Below, piece after piece: positions 53,678 to 57,614 of a DNA stretch of 57,614 nt. The DNA comes from Pseudomonadales bacterium. GTDB lineage: Bacteria; Pseudomonadota; Gammaproteobacteria; Pseudomonadales; UBA7239. The translations under genes and the position numbers were made by a program. Location: NCBI GenBank assembly GCA_035430165.1, contig DAOMGE010000017.1:1-57614 (forward strand). The letters are read 5' to 3'. Position 1 is the stretch's first letter. Each line of letters opens with the position of its first letter. The notes under the pieces are model-generated. The model was not told the DNA's origin. It ran no database searches and saw only the letters and a list, made by a program, of their open reading frames with translations.

Positions 53678-53721
53678 GTTTTTTATCTCCCTGCTGTTGA
53701 CGACATTTACCTGTTAAAGCA

Positions 53722-55431
53722 CTAACCGTGGCCGAAAGGACACTTTCCACTACCACTGGTGCTATCGATACCTTTCGGCGGCAAACCGGCAAACGCATCC
53801 GCACGATTTTTTTCACGATCCGCAAGAATCATCTCTGCTGCTTTTTCTGCCACTGCCACAGTCGGTGCATGGGTATTACCGGAAATCAGGTTCGGGAAAA
53901 TCGAGGCATCCACTACGCGCAGAGCATGCAAACCGTGTACACGCAATTCATTGTCAACCACCGCAGTCGGATCATCTGCTGCACCCATTTTGCAGGTACC
54001 CACCGGGTGATACACGCTGCCACCTTTTTCGCGGCAGTACGCCAGAATATCTTCATCAGTCTTCACATGCGAACCAGGCAGCAGTTCAACGCCGGCAATT
54101 TCCTGGAACGGTTTGCTGGCATAAATCTCACGTTGCTTCTTCACGCCTTCGACGGTACGACGGCAATCGCCTTCCGTGGTCAGGTAGTTGTAAAGGATTT
54201 TCGGCGGCGCCTTCGGATCATTGCTGCGGATATGCACATAGCCGCGCGACTCGGGGCGCAGTACACACGTTGTCGAATTCACCCCCGGCTTGTCTGAAGG
54301 CACCATATTGCCCTTGTCATCCATGCCGCCAGCACCGGGCGTGAAATGGATCTGCATACCCGGGCGTGACTCACCCGCATTTTTGTAAAACGCACCGATA
54401 TTCGCTGCAGGAAATGCCAGCAAGCCGCGCTTGGTGAACAGATACTTGAACACATTGAATACTACACGCGGAAACTTTCCGTCATCACTGATGGTGATAC
54501 CTTTTTTCACTTCATGCTGCACTTGCACATGGTAGTGATCCTGCAGGTTTTCACCGACACCGCGCAATTCCTGTTTCAGTTCAATACCGTTTGCCTCAAT
54601 CACTTCGCGCTGGCCAATACCTGACAATTCCAGCAGCGCCGGAGAATTGAGTGCGCCGGCAGCAACAATAACTTCCTGCATCGCCGCCGCTTCCTGCAAC
54701 TGGCCCTTGCCGTCAAGATAATGCACGCCAATCGCGCGCGTTTTATGGAACAGTATCCTCGCGGCAACCGATTTCGTCGCAATCACCAGATTCTTGCGTT
54801 TCCGCACGTCAGCGCCCAGGAATGCCGCTGCAGAACTCCAGCGCTTGCCGGCTTTCTGGTTCAGCTGGAAATAGCCGACACCCTCCTGTTGCTCGCCATT
54901 GAAATCCCTTGTACGCGGAATGCCAACCGCTTCGGCTGCGCGCAAATAATATTCCGACTGTTCGTATTCCGTCCGGCAGTTTGTCACGTTCAATTCGCCA
55001 CCCTTGCCGTGATAACGACTGGCTTCGCCGAGTTCAAAATTTTCACTGCGACGGAAATACGGCAACAGGCTTTCATAATCCCAGCCTTCACAACCCGGCT
55101 GCTGTGCCCAGCTGTCATAATCTTCGCGCTGGCCACGGATATACACCATGCCATTGATCGAGCTGCAACCGCCGAGCACACGACCACGCGGCGAATGGAT
55201 GGGACGATTGTTACAACCCGGCTCCGGCTCACTGAAATACACATTGGTGTCCTTCGGGTCAAAAATCAGTTTGATAAAACCCATCGGCATGTGGATCATC
55301 GGATTGGTGTCATTACCGCCAGCCTCGATCAACAACACACGGATATTGCTGTTGCGCGACAAGCGATTGGCGAGCACGCAACCGGCAGATCCGGCGCCGA
55401 CGATGATGTAGTCAAACTGGTTGTCGAGCAT
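53722..55431 (-). CDS. GMC-family FAD-dependent oxidoreductase (choline-dehydrogenase-like)
   Basis: N-terminal DYIIVGAGSAGCVLANRLS FAD motif and the C-terminal GMC signature (HPVGTCKMG). Confidence 0.85.
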   Translation of the reverse strand: MLDNQFDYIIVGAGSAGCVLANRLSRNSNIRVLLIEAGGNDTNPMIHMPMGFIKLIFDPKDTNVYFSEPEPGCNNRPIHSPRGRVLGGCSSINGMVYIRGQREDYDSWAQQPGCEGWDYESLLPYFRRSENFELGEASRYHGKGGELNVTNCRTEYEQSEYYLRAAEAVGIPRTRDFNGEQQEGVGYFQLNQKAGKRWSSAAAFLGADVRKRKNLVIATKSVAARILFHKTRAIGVHYLDGKGQLQEAAAMQEVIVAAGALNSPALLELSGIGQREVIEANGIELKQELRGVGENLQDHYHVQVQHEVKKGITISDDGKFPRVVFNVFKYLFTKRGLLAFPAANIGAFYKNAGESRPGMQIHFTPGAGGMDDKGNMVPSDKPGVNSTTCVLRPESRGYVHIRSNDPKAPPKILYNYLTTEGDCRRTVEGVKKQREIYASKPFQEIAGVELLPGSHVKTDEDILAYCREKGGSVYHPVGTCKMGAADDPTAVVDNELRVHGLHALRVVDASIFPNLISGNTHAPTVAVAEKAAEMILADREKNRADAFAGLPPKGIDSTSGSGKCPFGHG

Positions 55432-55452
55432 GATGTTCTCCGTAAATTATGA

Positions 55453-56424
55453 TCAGTGAATACCGTCTTCCAGCATGATACCAAAACTGATGCGCGAAAC
55501 ATTCTGGTCATAATCGAGCAGACTTTCACCGTAACCATTAAACAACTCCACATTCCAGCGCAAGTAACGCGTGAACGGAATACTGTAATCGAGCTGTAGA
55601 GCCCCCTTGCCGCTGGATTCCCACCAGTTTCGCGTTGTTATTGTCAGGTGTTGTTCACCCCAGCGGTAGCCGCCCGTCAATTCGGCATGCCCCATATACG
55701 TCTGGATATCGCGATTGTCATCATTGCCGGGATTTTCCGGAATACGCCACCACGGTTTCAGCGATAGCCAGGCATTACCGTGCTCGAACAGGAAGTCTGT
55801 ATAGAGGCGATTCCAGCTACGTGAATAATCCGGGCCGCGACCGTTGGATTGATGCACAACACCCAGGCGCCAGGCAATAAAGTGTGCACGATTCCATTCC
55901 CAGTCCAATGGCATATCGAGAAAAAATTCCGGCTCGTAATCGTTTTCGCGAAACGGACTGGAGTAACCGGTATCGTACAACTGCCAGTAGGATTGTTGCG
56001 TGTAGGCAAAATACAAATCCATATCCTTGCCAAGCAGATTGTCTTCAATCTTGCTCTTGAAACTCACCTGGTATTTGACTTCAGCGTGCCTGGGCGATTC
56101 ACCAGCCAGCCCCTTGCCTGCACCCGTCTGGTAACCGACTGGCAAAATGTAATTTGCCTTGTGCGGTTCGATCAGGAAACGCTGGCTACTTCTATCACTG
56201 GATTTCATGTCACGCATCACTGCACCAGCCGTGCGCGCATCAGCAGCAGACTGGCACTGACGGCGCAACTGGCCGACCGTCACCTGGTTATCTGCTTTCC
56301 TGAGCTCTGCCATCAGACAATCCTGCTCTGTTTCGGACAATACATGCTCCTCAACCAGCGCATCTGCCCACGCAGAGGCAGGAAACAGAAAAACAAGACA
56401 GCAAGCAACAAGCAGGCAACGCAT
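55453..56424 (-). CDS. pldA: Outer-membrane phospholipase A1 (OMPLA)
   Basis: Signal peptide, then the OMPLA beta-barrel pattern (YDTGYSSPFRENDYEPEFF; HQSNGRG...SRSWNRLY) with the catalytic H/S/N context. Confidence 0.8.
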   Translation of the reverse strand: MRCLLVACCLVFLFPASAWADALVEEHVLSETEQDCLMAELRKADNQVTVGQLRRQCQSAADARTAGAVMRDMKSSDRSSQRFLIEPHKANYILPVGYQTGAGKGLAGESPRHAEVKYQVSFKSKIEDNLLGKDMDLYFAYTQQSYWQLYDTGYSSPFRENDYEPEFFLDMPLDWEWNRAHFIAWRLGVVHQSNGRGPDYSRSWNRLYTDFLFEHGNAWLSLKPWWRIPENPGNDDNRDIQTYMGHAELTGGYRWGEQHLTITTRNWWESSGKGALQLDYSIPFTRYLRWNVELFNGYGESLLDYDQNVSRISFGIMLEDGIH

Positions 56425-56523
56425 GGGAATTCCTCAGCAGAGCGTGCAGTATATTCCCCGATTTCGGCATGCAGGCCAAGGAAACTACACTGCAAGCAGA
56501 AAGCAGGCAGACAGAGGTGCGCG

Positions 56524-57258
56524 ATGGGCATTGCCAACTACTTCGATAGCGACCCCGATTTCACCGAAGCCCAGGAAGCGGAGCTGGTGCGGCTCACGCA
56601 ATCACTGCGCCAGATCATTGATTGCAGCGTCAAACTGAACGCGCCACTCGCCACCCTGCAACAACTCGCCAACGATGCCGAAGCGATGGTGGCGCAGATG
56701 CAGCCCTACAGCAGCGTGCGTCCTATTGCCTCACACAACAAGATTTTCGATCCCGACAATGTGAACTGGTCTGCGCCCTACAGCCCCGTGGTCGGCCGCT
56801 GCAACCCGCTATCACCGCCTATGCAGATGGTGTTGCGCGACGGCAAGGCTATCGGTGAAGTCACATTTGGCGATGCCTACGAAGGCCCACCGAATTGCGT
56901 ACACGGCGGCATGATTGCATTGACCTGGGATCACGTACTCGCCTTGTCGAATATGCTGCTGAATGCGCGTGGCCCTACCGCCTGGTTGCATGTCGATTAC
57001 AAAAAACCGACGCCATTGCTGACACCCTTGCGTTTCGAAGCGTGGATTGACCGGGTAGAAGGCAAGAAAATTTTTGCCAAAGGTGCGTGCTACGCCAATG
57101 GCGAAATTGTCACAGAAGCCAGCGGACTTTTTATCAACACATTTATCAAGAATATTGGCGTCGATGAAGAGTTAATGAGGCAATTGCAAATCAAGTCTGA
57201 CGACGATGTAAAACATGACAACCGACCCGTACAACCACCTCATTTCACTGCTGATTGA
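56524..57258 (+). CDS. Hotdog-fold thioesterase (PaaI-like) with N-terminal extension
   Basis: CVHGGMIALTWDHVLA hotdog motif. Real start taken at MGIANYF (56524), with an AGAGGTG RBS. The 5' part of the track ORF (55849-56523) is antisense to pldA. Confidence 0.6.
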   Translation: MGIANYFDSDPDFTEAQEAELVRLTQSLRQIIDCSVKLNAPLATLQQLANDAEAMVAQMQPYSSVRPIASHNKIFDPDNVNWSAPYSPVVGRCNPLSPPMQMVLRDGKAIGEVTFGDAYEGPPNCVHGGMIALTWDHVLALSNMLLNARGPTAWLHVDYKKPTPLLTPLRFEAWIDRVEGKKIFAKGACYANGEIVTEASGLFINTFIKNIGVDEELMRQLQIKSDDDVKHDNRPVQPPHFTAD

Positions 57259-57541
57259 TATCGAGTGCGAAATGCGGCGCGCCAGTTTGTGGAGCGCCGA
57301 CCCGCCGTCAGCCGAAGCCATGGCCAGTGTCGAACCGTTTTGTGTGGACACGATGGGTTTTGACGAATGGTTGCAATTTATTTTCCTGCCGCGCATGCAC
57401 GAATTGCTCACAACCGAACCGCCACTGCCAATTGCCTGCGATATCGCCGCGATGGCAGAAACGGTATGGACTGCCAATACCCGCACGAAAAATGTCATTC
57501 AGGTATTGCGGGTTTTTGATCAGGCGATCAGTCAAACATAA
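57215..57541 (+). CDS. YqcC-like protein (DUF446)
   Basis: 108 aa with the YqcC pattern (start MTT..., PFC.DTM.F.EWLQ.IF.PRMH.LL). Overlaps the preceding thioesterase gene by 44 nt. Confidence 0.55.
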   Translation: MTTDPYNHLISLLIDIECEMRRASLWSADPPSAEAMASVEPFCVDTMGFDEWLQFIFLPRMHELLTTEPPLPIACDIAAMAETVWTANTRTKNVIQVLRVFDQAISQT

Positions 57542-57550
57542 TTCGCCGGC

Positions 57551-57575
57551 AGGGGCGGACTCTGAACCCGCCCCT
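57551..57575 (+). terminator. GC-rich hairpin downstream of the yqcC-like gene (terminator or REP-like element)
   Basis: AGGGGCGG-ACTCTGAAC-CCGCCCCT, an 8-bp perfect stem without a clear T-tract. The core GCAGGGGCGG also occurs at about 35426 near the tRNA. Confidence 0.3.
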
Positions 57576-57614
57576 ACGTCGAACAAAACAGATTATCGCC
57601 ACCCCGTAAATTCA

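Noticed and set aside
55849-56523. 5' two-thirds of the track ORF 55849..57258
   Set aside because: This part is antisense to pldA. The real gene, a hotdog thioesterase, starts at the internal ATG 56524, which has an RBS in the pldA-divergent intergenic region.

Overview
This 57.6-kb window looks like a largely core chromosomal segment of a gammaproteobacterium. The basis is inferred synteny and motifs: Pseudomonas-type DapD, a fused NuoCD, and the ubiG-HAD-SDR triad. No database search was possible.

Main content:
- ubiG, a MupP/Gph-like HAD phosphatase and a YciK-like SDR on the plus strand.
- A complete 13-gene NADH:quinone oxidoreductase operon (nuoA, B, CD, E-N) on the minus strand, followed about 30 bp later by an uncharacterised lipoprotein gene.
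- Two uncharacterised secreted proteins diverging from the nuo promoter.
- MltD-like lytic transglycosylase, a hexapeptide acetyltransferase, an acyltransferase-3, and a dimeric-dUTPase-like all-alpha NTP pyrophosphatase.
- An AI-2E transporter and a Yip1-family membrane protein.
- A complete cbb3 oxidase locus, ccoNOQP plus ccoGHIS, with an unusually short CcoH, followed by a DsbD_2-type membrane protein.
- A RIO-type kinase and tRNA-Val(GAC).
- An 8-heme c-type cytochrome fused to a TPR domain.
- A WbpK/WbpL/WbpM-like polysaccharide-initiation trio.
- An orphan DUF1329 protein with a strong bidirectional terminator.
- aroG-like DAHP synthase, dapD, dapE, an SGNH hydrolase, hrpA, a flotillin tightly coupled to hrpA, a GMC oxidoreductase, pldA, a hotdog thioesterase and a YqcC-like protein.

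I found no CRISPR array, no integrase or transposase, and no recognisable defence or toxin system. The most unusual items are the octaheme-TPR cytochrome beside the tRNA, the truncated CcoH, the nuo-appended lipoprotein, the divergent secreted pair beside the nuo promoter, and the orphan dimeric-dUTPase-like gene. All coordinates depend on the supplied ORF track plus my own start-codon inspection, and fine positions may be off by 1-2 nt.
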